Shown: piece by piece, positions 37,824 to 50,101 of the stretch
Layout: every line of letters begins with the position of its first letter
Numbering within the stretch: position 1 is the first letter of the stretch
From: Eledone cirrhosa
Taxonomy: Eukaryota
Length of the DNA: 64,000 nucleotides
NCBI GenBank assembly: GCA_964016885.1
Contig: OZ024740.1
Coordinates: 416,516,001-416,580,000, forward strand
Reading direction: 5' to 3'
Position numbers and translations under genes: made by a program
The notes under the pieces: generated by a model
The model's database searches: none
The model's input: only the letters and a program-made list of their open reading frames with translations
What the model was told of the DNA's origin: nothing

Positions 37824-39886
37824 ACTATCAAGTGGCCAGGAGGGAAGCTAGGAGACAAGTGCACTTCACAAGAAGGGAAGCAGAGGGAAGAAAGTTCAAG
37901 CATGTTCTACAATGCGAGGACCAAAAACGTGAGGTGTTCAGGATTGCTAGGCAATGTGTCAAGGAAAACCGTTATTTTGTCGGGGAGAAGTGTGTCCTTA
38001 ATAATGATGGTGTACTTGCCATCACTGATGCTGATAAGAAGGTAGCTTAGAAGTGTCACTACGAAAGGCTACTAAATGAGGAGAATAAATGGGAGAAAGA
38101 CAGTCTCCTCCACATCGATCCAATAGAGGGACCAGCAGTGCAAGTTGAAGGTAGTATAATAAGTAAGGCAATCCAAGATATGAAGACGGACAAGGCAGCT
38201 GAGCCTTTGGAAATAGTTGCTGAAATGCTGAAAGCATCTGGAACGGTGGGACACACTATGGTCACCCAGATAGTAAACCAAGTCATACAGAATGGGGTCG
38301 TACCGAAGGACTGGCGTAGCAGCATCATCATTAACTGCTACAAGGGTAAATGAGATGCCCTAGATAGGGGAAACTATAGAGGCATTAAATTAATTGACCA
38401 GGTCATGAAGGCCACAGAAAAAGTAATAGCGCAACTAATCAGGGAGCGAATTGATCTGGATGAAATGCAGTCCGGGTTTGTATCAGGTAAAAGTACCACA
38501 GACGCTCTTTTCATTGTACGACAACTACAGAAGTACCTAGCTAAAAGTAAACCCCTATACTTAGCTTTTGTTGACTTGGAGAAAGCCTTTGACAGAGTCC
38601 CCCGCTCCATTATCTGGTGGACTCTCAGAAAACTAGGTGTTGATGAATGGCTTGTGAGAGCTATACAAGCCATGTATAAAGAAACAGTCAGCAAGGTTAG
38701 AATTAACAACGAATATAGTGAAGAGTTTAGCGTAAAAGTTGGTGTTCATCAAGGCTCCGTCCTTAGCTCCCTCCTATTTATTATTGCCCTTCAGGTCAAT
38801 AATAAATAGGAGGGAGTTAAGGACGGAGCCCTGATGAACACCAACTTGGGAGTTCAAGACCGGCTGCCCATGGGAACTCCTATATGCTGATGATCTAATG
38901 CTTATAGCTGAATCAATGGCTGAACTAGAGAAGAAATTCCAAACATGGAAGCATGGCCTAGAATCAGAAGGCCTTAAAATTAACCTGTCTAAGACTAAAG
39001 TTCTAGTATGTAGGAAGGAAAATAGGGCACTGGTCCCATCTGGGAAATCGCCATGCTCAGTGTGTAGGAAAGGAGTAGGCAGAAACTCCATTTTATGTCC
39101 CAAATGCAAAGTATGGGTGCATAAAAGATCTAGTGGGATCACAGGTAAGCTAACTAAGAATATAGATTTTATATGTGGCCGGTGCTCAGGTGCAATAAGT
39201 AGCAGCAAGTGCCCACAGAATACTAGCTCATTCCATTGCACAGATGGTTCTATAGAAACAGTGGACACCTTCCGTTACCTGGGTGACAAAATCAGCAGTG
39301 ATGGAGGGTGTTCCGAAAGTACAGTAGCTAGAGTCAGAATGGGATGGAAAAAGTTCAGAGAGCTTATTTATACCACTATTGGCTGCTAAAGGTTTCTCTC
39401 TAAAAATGAAAGGCAGGCTGTATGATGCCTGCATACGAACAGCAATGTTACATGGCAGTGAGACTTGGGCATTAGTGCAGAGGACATACGCAGACTGGAG
39501 AAGAATGAAGCTTGCATGCTCCATTGGATGTGTAATAGTAATATATGTGAACGGCAAAGCATAAATGAACTAAGTGAGAAATTAGGAATAAGAGGGATCA
39601 GATGCTGTTTACTCGAGAGAAGACTACGTTGGTACGGTCACATGATGCGTATGAAAGACGACAGCTGTATCAAAAAGTGCAGGGCGATCAAAATAGATGG
39701 TAGCCACGGAGAAGGCAGACCCAGAAAAACGTGGTTGGTGTTATGAAGGACATCCAGCCGTAGAAAACCCGCCAAACAGTCCTATATGAGCAAGACAACC
39801 AATCTTGCCTCAAGTGGGAAAATTCCCGTCCAAACCCATGCTAGCGTGGAAGATGGACATTAAACGATGATGATGATGATGATGAT
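37824..39886 (+). mobile_element. RTE LINE, 5'-truncated, with internal fold-back and 3' deletion
   Basis: RT motifs, PHD-like finger and RRLRWYGH. Jumps from RPRKTW into the distal 3' UTR at ~39733. (GAT)n tail. Confidence 0.93.
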
Positions 39887-39929
39887 ACAATATATTAATA
39901 AATGGAAACTATATTTATAAAACCATAAT

Positions 39930-39995
39930 TATTTTATTATATATATTTCAAGGGCAACCAAGGCAAATTATGGTGCGCTCTCATCAGATAAAATA
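39930..39995 (-). ncRNA. Type I hammerhead ribozyme, intact core, in a solo PLE-type terminal repeat
   Basis: UAUUUUAU-CUGAUGA-[GAGCGCACCA..UGGUUGCCCUU]-GAAA-UAUAUA-UA-AUAAAAUA. Perfect 8-bp stem I. Confidence 0.88.
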
Positions 39996-40138
39996 CAGAT
40001 TTGTTTTATAAATAAATATTGACATACCCAGAAAAAAGACAACCTTAATGGTTGAAGTTCTCTGGATAGAGAACTTCAACCATTAAGGTTGTCTTTTTTC
40101 CGGGTATGTCAATATTTATTTATAAAACAAATCTGTAT
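39993..40138. repeat. Near-perfect palindrome (~70-bp arms) adjoining the hammerhead
   Basis: ATACAGATTTG..GAAGTTCTCT-GGAT-AGAGAACTTC..CAAATCTGTAT. Same family as 63460-63746. Confidence 0.9.
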
Positions 40139-40219
40139 CTCAATAGCTGTTGAGTGCTTTATATCAGTTATACAATTTTTAAGGTTGTTGAATCCCAACA
40201 AATTAAATATAACCTCTGC

Positions 40220-40277
<58 letters not shown>

Positions 40278-40855
40278 ATATGTATATACCCTGGGTTATA
40301 TATACATGTACAATCGTGGGGGTGGGGTTGTTTGAAGGTAGACATGTACAATGATGGGAGGGGGTGATGGTAGACTGGTAGACATGTACAATGACATCAA
40401 GGATGGAACTTGGCAGGGTTAGTGGCCTTGACATAGGCCACTTCTCAGTAGGGTGTTGTAGTATTCTCCAAATATTTCAATTGGTAATATTGGATATTTA
40501 GTAATTAATCTAAGCCTTTATTTGTTAGTTATGTAATATTAAGATTTGAGTAGAGTTTCTGTTGCATATTTTATTCAATCTATTATCTTTCCAATTATGG
40601 TTAATACTCAATAGTCCTTTTGCATTGTCATGTCAATAACATACTTCATTAAGTAAAGGTTTTGTGTCATGTCATGTTTTATTTGCTTCTATCTAGTTTA
40701 TTATTTCCTTTATTCTGTTCAGGCTGTGGAAACAGAACTTAGAATCAAAATGATTTAAGGCAAATTTGGATTAACCCTTTACCATTTACATTACTCAATT
40801 TATACTATTGTATTTTCACATTAAAGGCTTTACCTTACATAATTATCTCACATAA

Positions 40856-41505
40856 TATTGCATGCTCCAATGGATGTGTAATAGTAATATATGCGAAAGG
40901 CAAAGCATAAACGAACTGAGAGAGAGACTGAGCATAAGAGGAATCAAATGCTGTGCGCAGGAGAGGAGGTTACGTTGGTATGGACATGTGATGTGTATGA
41001 AGGATGACAGTTGCATAAAAAGGTGTAGAGCACTAGAAGTTGATAGAAGCCGCGGAGTGGAGAGACCCAAGAAGACCTGGGATGAGGTGATAAAAGCCGA
41101 CCTTACCCAATTGCACCTCTCAAGGGTGATGACACATAACTGTGACCTCTGGCGTCACACAGTAATACAGAAGACCCGACTTCCCACAAGAACAAGCCGA
41201 AGCTGAAGCATATAGACAATATGCCCCCACACCCTCCCACTGCAAAGTGGCTGTGGAGGTGCCATGGCAATGAAGCACCCAGCCTACACTGTAAAGTGGA
41301 CGTGTAGGCGCCACGGAAAAAAGCACCCAGCACTAAAATGAGGTTGGTGTTAGGAAGGGCATCCACCTGTAGAAATCAAGCCAGAAACAGTTCCTGTATG
41401 AGCAGGACAAGGTCAGCCGACTGGAAACTGCCCACAACAGGACAACCCGTCTAACTCATGCTAGCGTGGAAGAATGGATGTAAAACAGTGATGATGATGA
41501 TGATG
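40856..41505 (+). mobile_element. RTE LINE 3' fragment
   Basis: ERRLRWYGHVMCMKDDSCI, 3' UTR, (GAT)n tail. Confidence 0.9.
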
Positions 41506-41781
41506 AATATCGAATCTATGAGATTTTGATATTATTTATTTTGAGAACAATACCTTAAAGTTGGTATGAGCAGCCAGTTATGAAAAAGGTGAGAGAGTTC
41601 TGGCTGGATATGGCTGGTTTAAATGCTAAAAGGTTAAGGTAAATTTGGTTTAAACCAAAGTTATATTAAATAAGAAAGAAGACAGGATCTTGATCCCATC
41701 AGAGAAGTCTCATTGTTCGATATTACTCTATCACTCCAACAGGCTGAGGCCATGCTGAAAATATATTTAAATCTAACTTAC

Positions 41782-41904
41782 AATGCTTTTCCAGTGAAAG
41801 TTCCAGTCAGATGGATTTTGAGACCAGGTAGTATAAATTGGACTTGTGACCCAGGGTTAAACTTCATAGAAGGAGATCCATAAGTGAAATCTTTTATCTT
41901 TAGG
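41782..41904 (-). CDS. Internal exon (123 nt, phase 2 to phase 2) of the LBP/BPI-family gene: (N)LKIKDFTYGSPSMKFNPGSQVQFILPGLKIHLTGTFTGKA(L)
   Basis: TTTTTATTTATTTCAG acceptor, GTAAGT donor, open frame, phases match both neighbouring exons. Confidence 0.88.
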
Positions 41905-43800
41905 CTGAAATAAATAAAAATATTTGTATACATTTTTTTGTCAAACTTTAATGAGTTTAGTTGCAGATAGTTTTATGAAGTTATATCTATGAAATTATAT
42001 ACACACTTATTAAAAAAACATACACATACATACATACATACATATATACATACATACATATATACATGATGGCTGCTCCCTCGTTATCGAGTATGGCCAT
42101 TGCACGATATAACATTATTAATAATTATTAATTAATGCTATCGTGCAATGCCTGTGCGTGAAGATTTTTTTTTTAAAGTGAAGAAAGACTGTACACTGAG
42201 CCAATCCCACTCTCTGAGTGACAGTAGCTATAACCCGAAAGAAGAAAAGATCAACATCATCGGTAACTACTGAGCCACAGGTTTTATGTCGGAGTTATCC
42301 CAGTTTCCGGGGTTACCTTCTCGTAGAAGAATGCCCTGACAAAGACTAGGGGTCCTTCACTCACAGTGGTTTAACCAGTGGGTATCCAGCCCAACTATTT
42401 CTATGTCCCCACCCATATACTTACACATGCACACACATATACATACATATGTATAGACATATTTACACATTTTTGGATGGCCATTCACTCTTATGAGTTC
42501 TTCTGCCTTTTGCACATGTATACATACATACATGGTGTGGCTGCCAACTCGTTTTCGAGTACGGCCACTACTTTATATCCATGTAGGAAAACCCCTACCG
42601 ATGCGCTGAACGAGTGTGACTTTTTAGTCCAGCCAGCCACTTGAAAACTCTGGTACAAACACTACACTTGTGACAATTATTGACACATAGTGTTGGGCCC
42701 ATGGTACCATGTGATGACAAGTGCAGAGAGATCTCCAGATACAAAGCAATGCATGTGCCGTGAAGCTTTTATAGTGAGCAAAGGCACTGCACAAAGCCAG
42801 TCTCACTCTCTTAACCAAGATGATATTTACCAAAAAGAAGAACAAGTCAACATCATTGGATACCATCAGGGTTGCAGGTGTTATATCAGAGTTTTCCTTC
42901 TCCTAGAATTCTGCCTTGACAAAGGCTAAGGGGTCATCTCTCCCAGTGATTTTGGATGGCCATTGACTCTTAAGAGCTCCTTTGCCCTTTCACAGGTTTT
43001 GTTTTTAGTCCTGCAGGATGTCCAAAGTCACCCTCCTCACCAAGAAACCTTGGTGGGGTTGCCAGTTTAGTCGCCAATGACCCGACCATGAGACAGGTTG
43101 TACTGGGATACATGTTACCAGTAGCACCAACTGGTGACCTGACATACATACATACATATATACATACATACATGTATACATATATACATACATGTATACA
43201 TACATATATACATACATGTATGAGGATTGCAGAGTTTTCACAGACAATTGCTGTCTCATTGTTTCTTCATTGTCATCCCATCCGCATCTATACATACATT
43301 ATATATATACATATATATATATATAAAAATCATCATCATTTAACGCTAGCATGGGTTAGACTGGTTTGTCCCATTTGAGGCAAGTTGGGTCAGGTGACTG
43401 TTTTTTGCTCATGTAGGACTGGCTGGTTTTCTATGGCTGCCCTTCCTAAAGCCAACCACATTTGCACATCATCATTTAACGTCCTTTTTTCCATGCTAGC
43501 ATGGGTATCTTGCTTTCATGGGCTGCTTTATCCATGGAAAATTGTTATACTTAGATGTCCTTCCTGAAGCCAATCCTTATTTTCCAGTATAGTAGTGATT
43601 CACTGAATTAACGTGTTTTGGAGATAGACGGACATAAACACATATACACATATACATACATACAAATAGCAGCCTGTCAGAATTACTATCAAATAAAAAG
43701 TCATAGATCTGCCCGAAGCTATAACAGATGACACATGCTTTAGAAGCAAACTTCTAAACCACACACCCTTGAATTAATATATATATATATATATATATAT

Positions 43801-44466
43801 CATCATCACCATTTTACGACCATTCTTCTACACTAGCATCAGTTAGACAAGTTGTCTTGTTGTGAGCAATGTCACGTCAGGTGACAGTGTCTTGCTCATA
43901 CAGAAATGATTTTGGCTTGGTTTGTACAGCTGGATGCCCTTCCTAATTCCAATCTCATTTACAGTGAGTACTGGGTGTCTTTTGTTGTCACCTACACGAG
44001 CACTTTACAGTGTGGATGGGTGCTTTTTGTCGTGACACCTACATGACCACTTTGCAGGGTGGGCTTGGGGTTTCACTGGATGCATTTACTTTGGCCTGTC
44101 CTCATGGGGGTGTATGGGAGGGTGGGGTGAGGCATACTGTATATATGCTTCAGCTTCGGCTTGTACCCGTGGGAAGTCTGGTCTTCTGTATACTGCGTAA
44201 TGCCAGAGGTCTCAGTCCTGTGTTATCACCTTTGTGACATGCAATTGGGCAAGGACGGCTTTTATCACCTCATCCCAAGTCTTCCTGGGTCTCCCCACCC
44301 TGAGGCTTCCATTGACTTTGGGTGCTCTGAACCTTTTTATGCAGCTGTCATCCTTCATACATATCACATGTCCATACCAATGCAGTCTCCTCTCCTGCAC
44401 ACAGCATTTGATTCCTCTTATGCCTAGTTTTTCTCTCAGTTCATTTATGCTTCACCATTCACGTAT
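43801..44466 (-). mobile_element. RTE LINE 3' fragment
   Basis: QERRLHWYGHV..RPRKTWDE, 3' UTR, (CAT)n. Confidence 0.88.
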
Positions 44467-44469
44467 ATT

Positions 44470-46315
44470 CATCATCACCATTTTACGTCCGTTCTTCCAC
44501 GCTAGCATGGGTTAGACGGGTTGTCCTGTTGTGGGCAGTGTCTGGTCGGCTGACCATGCCTTGCTCATACAGGAACTGATCTGGCTTGATTTCTACAGCT
44601 GGATGCCCTTCCTAACACCAACCTCATTTACAGTGAGTGCTGGGTGCTTTTTCGTAGCGCCTACACGTCCACTTTACAGTGTGGGCTGGGTGCTTTTTTG
44701 CCGTGGCACCTCCACGACCACCTTGCGGTGGGGGGAGTGGGGGCATATTGTTTATATGCTTCAGCATGTACCCATGGGAGGTCGGGTACCCTGTATTACT
44801 GCGTGACGCCAGAAGTCACGGTCGTGTGTCATTGACTTTGAGAGGTGTAGTTGGGTAAGGTCGGCTTTTATCACCTCATCCCAAGTCATCTTGGGTCTCC
44901 CCACTCCGCGGTTTCCATCAACTTCTAGTGCTCTGCACCTTTTTATGCAGCTGTCATCCTTTATACGCATCACATGTCCATACCAGCGTAACCGCCTCTC
45001 CTGCACGCAGCATTTGATTCCTCTTATGATCAGTCTCTCTCTCAATTCCTTTATGCTATGTCGTTCACGTATATTACTGTTACACATCCATCGGAGCATG
45101 CAGGCTTCGTTTCTCTCTAATTTACGTAAGTCTTCCACCTTCAGCGCCCAGGTCTCACTACCATGCAACATTACTATTACATATCCATCAGAGCATGCAA
45201 GCTTCATTTTTTTCAAATCTACGCAAGTCTTCTGCACACAATGCCCAGGTCTCCCTACCATGCAACATTGCTGTTCATATGTACACATCATACAGTCTGC
45301 CTTTCATTCTGAGGGAAAAGCCTTTTGTAGCTAGCAGTGGTAGTATCTCCCTGAACGTCTTCCATCCTGTTCTTACTCTGGCTACTGTACTCTCAGAACA
45401 CCCACCTCCACTGTTAATTCAGTCACCTAAGTAGCAGAAGCTGTCTACTATTTCTACCGAGCCCTCCCAGAATTTGGCAGCACTTGTTTCCTGTGGTTGT
45501 TTGTTGCTTACTGTCCTAGTGCAGCTGCTACATGTAAAGCCTACATTCTTAGTTAAACTTCCTGAGATCCCACTACATCTCTTGTGCACCCACAGTTTGC
45601 ATTTGGGGCAGAGGATGGAATTTCTACCAATACCTTTCCTACATACTGAGCAGGCCATTTTCCTGAGAGGATCTGGGTTCTGTTCTCTCTTCTACTTACT
45701 AGGACCTTAGTCTTTGTCAGGTTGACTTTAAGTCTCCTTCTTTCTAGGCCCTGATTCCATGTTTGGAATTTCTTCTCTAGTTCCACCATAGATTCAGCTA
45801 TGAGTGCAAGATCATCTGCGAATAGAAGTTCCCATGGGCAGCCAGTAATAAACTCCTCTGTTATACCCTGCAATACGATAATAAACAGGAGAGGGCAAAG
45901 AACAGAGCCCTGGTGGACACCAACCTGTATGCTAAATTCCTCGTTATAGCCATTGTTATCCTAACTTTGCTGACTGCTCCCTTATTACATGGCTCATACA
46001 GTCTTCACAAGCCACTCATCCATTCCTAGTTTTCTATGAGCCTACCAGATTATGGCACTTGACACTCTGTCGAATGCTTTCTCCAGATGCCAGGTAGAGC
46101 AGCTTGCTTTTAGCTAGGTACTTTTCCTGTAACTGCCTCACAAGGAAGAAAGCATTAGTGGTGCTTTGCCTGGCACAAATCTGAACTGCATCTCATCTAG
46201 ATTTACTCGGTCCCCAATCAACTGTGCTATAACTTTTTCTGTTACTTCATGATCTGGTCCATCAGCTTTATACCTCTATAGTTTGTTCTGTCTAATGTAT
46301 CTTCTTTACCCTTTA
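44470..46315 (-). mobile_element. RTE LINE, 5'-truncated, degenerate
   Basis: WELLFADD, CSVC..CPKC..HKRC finger, RRLRWYGHV. ~105-bp local duplication near 45070-45270. Confidence 0.9.
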
Positions 46316-47162
46316 CCCATGTACAGTATATATATACTTAAGCCCCCATCCTAACCTCAAAACTGTAACAGAAGCTCTGAATATAGTCATGAAATGATTA
46401 AGATGTTAGTGTAAGATTTAAGGAAAATTTGGTTGCTATTTCTAGCAAGTTGAGCATCCACATAAATGTTCCCTCTTGGTCGAAGAAAAAGTTTTTATGA
46501 GATATTAGAGTGAGATGTAAGATCAGTTGGTGATATCCACACATGAATCTATCTGGATTGTTTGGAGGTGAATAGGAATTATTGCAATGTAAATAAGGTC
46601 AATTATTTGGATATCACTATTGAAAAGAATAATGTGGTGAGTAGTGATGAGGGTTTACAATAAATTTAGGGATTTTAGTTTTAATGTAGAAGCTTGGATG
46701 CCTTTTACCTCCAGCTACATATTCATTTTAATGGGTTAAAATGTATTTCCTAGTCAAATATTAAGGTTTGGTAGTAAACGTGGCTGAAATGGGGTTCCTC
46801 TGAAGGGTTTTTGGAGTATTATTACTTGACAGAATGTGTAGCTGAGAGATGAGAGAGTCACTCCAGGTAGAGCCACTATTTCTTCAAATTGAGAGATCAC
46901 AGCTCTGATATTACAGACATGTGGTTAGAATGTCTCAGGAAAAAATCGTTGGACAAATTTTACGGGCTAAACCAACCAGCAGAAGACCCAGGGGTAGACC
47001 CCGAGCAAGATGGTTGGATAACATCCATGAGCTTGGCTGGTTGCTTGGGGATTCAGTTGGAGACGGTTGCTTCTAACAGGACCAACTGAAAGGAGTGTTT
47101 GAGGATTCTACCCAACGACCTTCTCAGGAAAAAAAGAAGAGAAAAGAAGAAAGAAGGAGAAA

Positions 47163-47216
47163 AAGAAGAAGAAGAAGAAGAAGAAGAAGAAGAAGAAGAA
47201 GAAGAAGAAGAAGAAG
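47163..47216. repeat. (GAA)n microsatellite
   Basis: Direct observation. Confidence 0.95.
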
Positions 47217-47391
47217 GTGGTAGTAGTAAAAAGTAAGCAGGTTAAGGTGGGATCATGAAATGGAATATAATTCTTTCATTTATTGGCCACAAGGGCCAAC
47301 ATGTAGGGGACGATACAAAGACAGCTTGAGAAAATAAAATACAATGAGCATCATTGATTGTGGAATAGCAACATTTAAAAGTTTATCTTAC

Positions 47392-47491
47392 TTGTAAACA
47401 TTATATGTAAAGAAACTGTAGTGCCCACTTTGAGATGGAATGTGTTGCTTGAGAATAAATTTCTTTGCCATTGCCAGACCAATATGGCTTC
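47392..47491 (-). CDS. Internal exon (100 nt, phase 1 to phase 2) of the LBP/BPI-family gene: (G)SHIGLAMAKKFILKQHIPSQSGHYSFFTYNVY(N)
   Basis: Poly-T + TAG acceptor, GTAAGA donor. IP..SG....Y..YN motif typical of the BPI/LBP N-terminal domain. Confidence 0.88.
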
Positions 47492-47540
47492 CTAAAAAAA
47501 AAAAAATGAAATAAATTATACATTCAAAAATAAAATATAT

Positions 47541-49220
47541 CATCATTATCATCATTATCGTTTAACGTCCATCTTCCACGTTTGCATGGGTTTGGACGGG
47601 AGTTTTCCCACTTGAGGCAAAAGTGGTTATCTTGCTCGCATAGGACTGTCTGGCGGGTTTTCTACGGCTGGATGCCCTTCCTAACACCAACCACGTTTAC
47701 AGTGTGGACTGGGAGGTTTTTACCGTGTTACCTACACGGCCACATTACAGCGTGGACTGTGTGTTTTTTTGTTGTCATGACACCTACACGACCTCATTTG
47801 TTTCGGACTGGATGTTGTGGTACCAACATAACTTTACATTGAAAGGGATGGTGTGGATGGGGTGGGGGCAGTTGGACGGGGGTGTATTTTTGTTAGAGGT
47901 GCCTACTGACTGTAGTAGGTTTCACTTTGTACTTAGGTAAGGTGGGTCTTCTGTATTACTGTGTAGCGCCAAAGATCTCGGTCCAGTGACATTGTCTTGG
48001 AGAGGTGTAAGTGTGTGAGGTCGGAATTTATCAAGTCGTCCCAGGTTTTTCTGGGTCTGCCTACTCCGTGGCTACCGTCTATTTTTATTGCCCTGCACTT
48101 TTTTATACAGCTATCGTCTTTCATGCGCATCACGTGACCGTACCAACGTAGTCTTCTCTCGAGTAAACAACATCTGATCCCTCTTATTTCTAATTTTTCC
48201 CTTAGTTTGTTTATGCTTTGCCGTTCACGTATATTACTATTACACATCCAGCGGAGCATGCAAGCTTCGTTCCTCTCCAGTCTGCGTAGATCCTCTGCAC
48301 ACAATGCCCAGGTCTCACTGCCATGTAACATTGCTGTTCGTATGCAGACATCATACAGCCTGCCTTTCATTTTTAGAGAGAACCCTTTAGCGGCTAATAG
48401 TGGTATAAGCTCTCTGAACTTTTTCCATCCAGTTCTGACTCTAGCTACTGTACTTTCAGAGCACCCTCCACCACTGCTGATTTTGTCACCCAAGTAACGG
48501 AAGGTGTCCACTATTTCTATAGAACCATCTGTGCAATGGAATGAGCTAGTATTCTGTGGGCACTTGCTGCTACTTATTGCACCAGAGCACCGGCTACATA
48601 TAAAATCTATATTCTTAGTTAGCTTACCTGTGATCCCACTAGATCTTTTATGCACCCATACTTTGCATTTGGGACATAAAATGGAGTTTCTGCCTACTCC
48701 TTTCCTACACACTGAGCATGGCCATTTCCCGGATGGGACCGGTGCCCTATTTTCCTTCCTACAAACTAGAACTTTAGTCTTTAGCCAGGTTAATTTTAAG
48801 GCCTTTTGATTCTAGGCCATGCCTCCATGTTTGGAATTTCTTCTCTAGTTCAGCCATTGATTCAGCTATGAGCGTTAGATCATCTGCATATAGGAGTTCC
48901 CATGGGCAGCCGGTCTTGAACTCCACTGTTATAGCCTGAAGGGCAATAATAAATAGTAGGGGGCTAAGAACGGAGCCCTGATGAACACCAACTTTTACGC
49001 TAAACTCCTCACTATATTCGTTTTTAATTCTAACCTTGCTGACTGTTTCTTTATACATGGCTTGTATAGCTCTCACAAGCCATTCATCAACACCTAGTTT
49101 TCTAAGAGCCCACCAGATAATGGAACGGGGAACTCTGTCAAAGGCTTTCTCCAAGTCGACAAAAGCTAAGTATAGGGGTTTACTTTTAGCTAGGTACTTC
49201 TCCTGTAGTTGTCGTACAAT
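47541..49220 (-). mobile_element. RTE LINE, 5'-truncated
   Basis: EKAFDRVP, GVHQGSVLSP, LLYADD, finger, C-terminus, (CAT)n tail. Confidence 0.93.
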
Positions 49221-49722
49221 GCTATTCTATAATTCTGTCTGGCTGTTCTAAATAATCTTGTGTATTTTAAAATCCCAGTATATCGCTTGTTACTGTTATA
49301 TGCTTTATTTAAAACCTTCTCCTCGCTTTGGCCGAAATTTTCCATGATTCATAAAAATGGCCGCTAAATCTCTATCCCCCCCCCTCCTCTTTATCACATA
49401 CGTGCCTGTTGGTCTCTCTCTCTCTCTCTCTCGATCACTCCCTACTCGCACCAAATATAAATAAACCTGTTACGAGGTACGAATCTCAGAATTTGTCAAC
49501 TCTTATTAATGGTCAGTCCACTTCTACGAAATGCAATGTAAAAATACCATTTTCGTCTTGTCTCCCCACCCTTCGGTCCATTCATCCATATATCTGTATA
49601 ATCGCCCAGAATCCAATCCTACTTTCTCAATGCTATTCTATAATTCTGTCTGGCTGTTCTAAATAATCTTGTGTATTTTAAAATCCCAGTATATCGCTTG
49701 TTACTGTTATATGCTTTATTTA
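49218..49722. repeat. ~95-bp direct repeats flanking a ~315-bp spacer (unclassified element)
   Basis: AATGCTATTCTATAATTCTGTC..TATGCTTTATTTAA at ~49218-49312 and ~49629-49722. Confidence 0.8.
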
Positions 49723-49761
49723 ATTATATATAAATATCTATATGCATTCAATTATATACAA

Positions 49762-50101
49762 GTTGCATGGCTTAGGGGTTAGAGTGTTGGGCCTACAATT
49801 GGGAGGTTGTGAGTTTGATTCTCAGATCGGGCTTTGCGTTGTGTTCTTTAGCAAGACACTTTATTTCACATTGCTCCAGTTCACTCAGATGTAGAAATGA
49901 GTTGCGATGTCACTAGAGCTAAGTTGTATCAGCCATTGCCTTTCCCTCAGACAACATCAGTGTGATATGAAAGGGGAGACCGATATGCATGGGTGACTGC
50001 TGGTCTTCCACAAACAAGCTTGCCTGGACTGATGCCTCAGAGGGGAACTTTCTAGGTGCAAATCCCATGGTCATTTGTGACCGAAGGGGGTCTTTACCCT
50101 T
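49762..50101 (+). mobile_element. tRNA-derived SINE with CORE-like segment
   Basis: A-box-like TGGCTTAGGGGTTAG, B-box-like GAGTTTGATTC, then TGTGTTCTTTAGCAAGACACTT. Related copy at 61110-61258. Confidence 0.8.
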
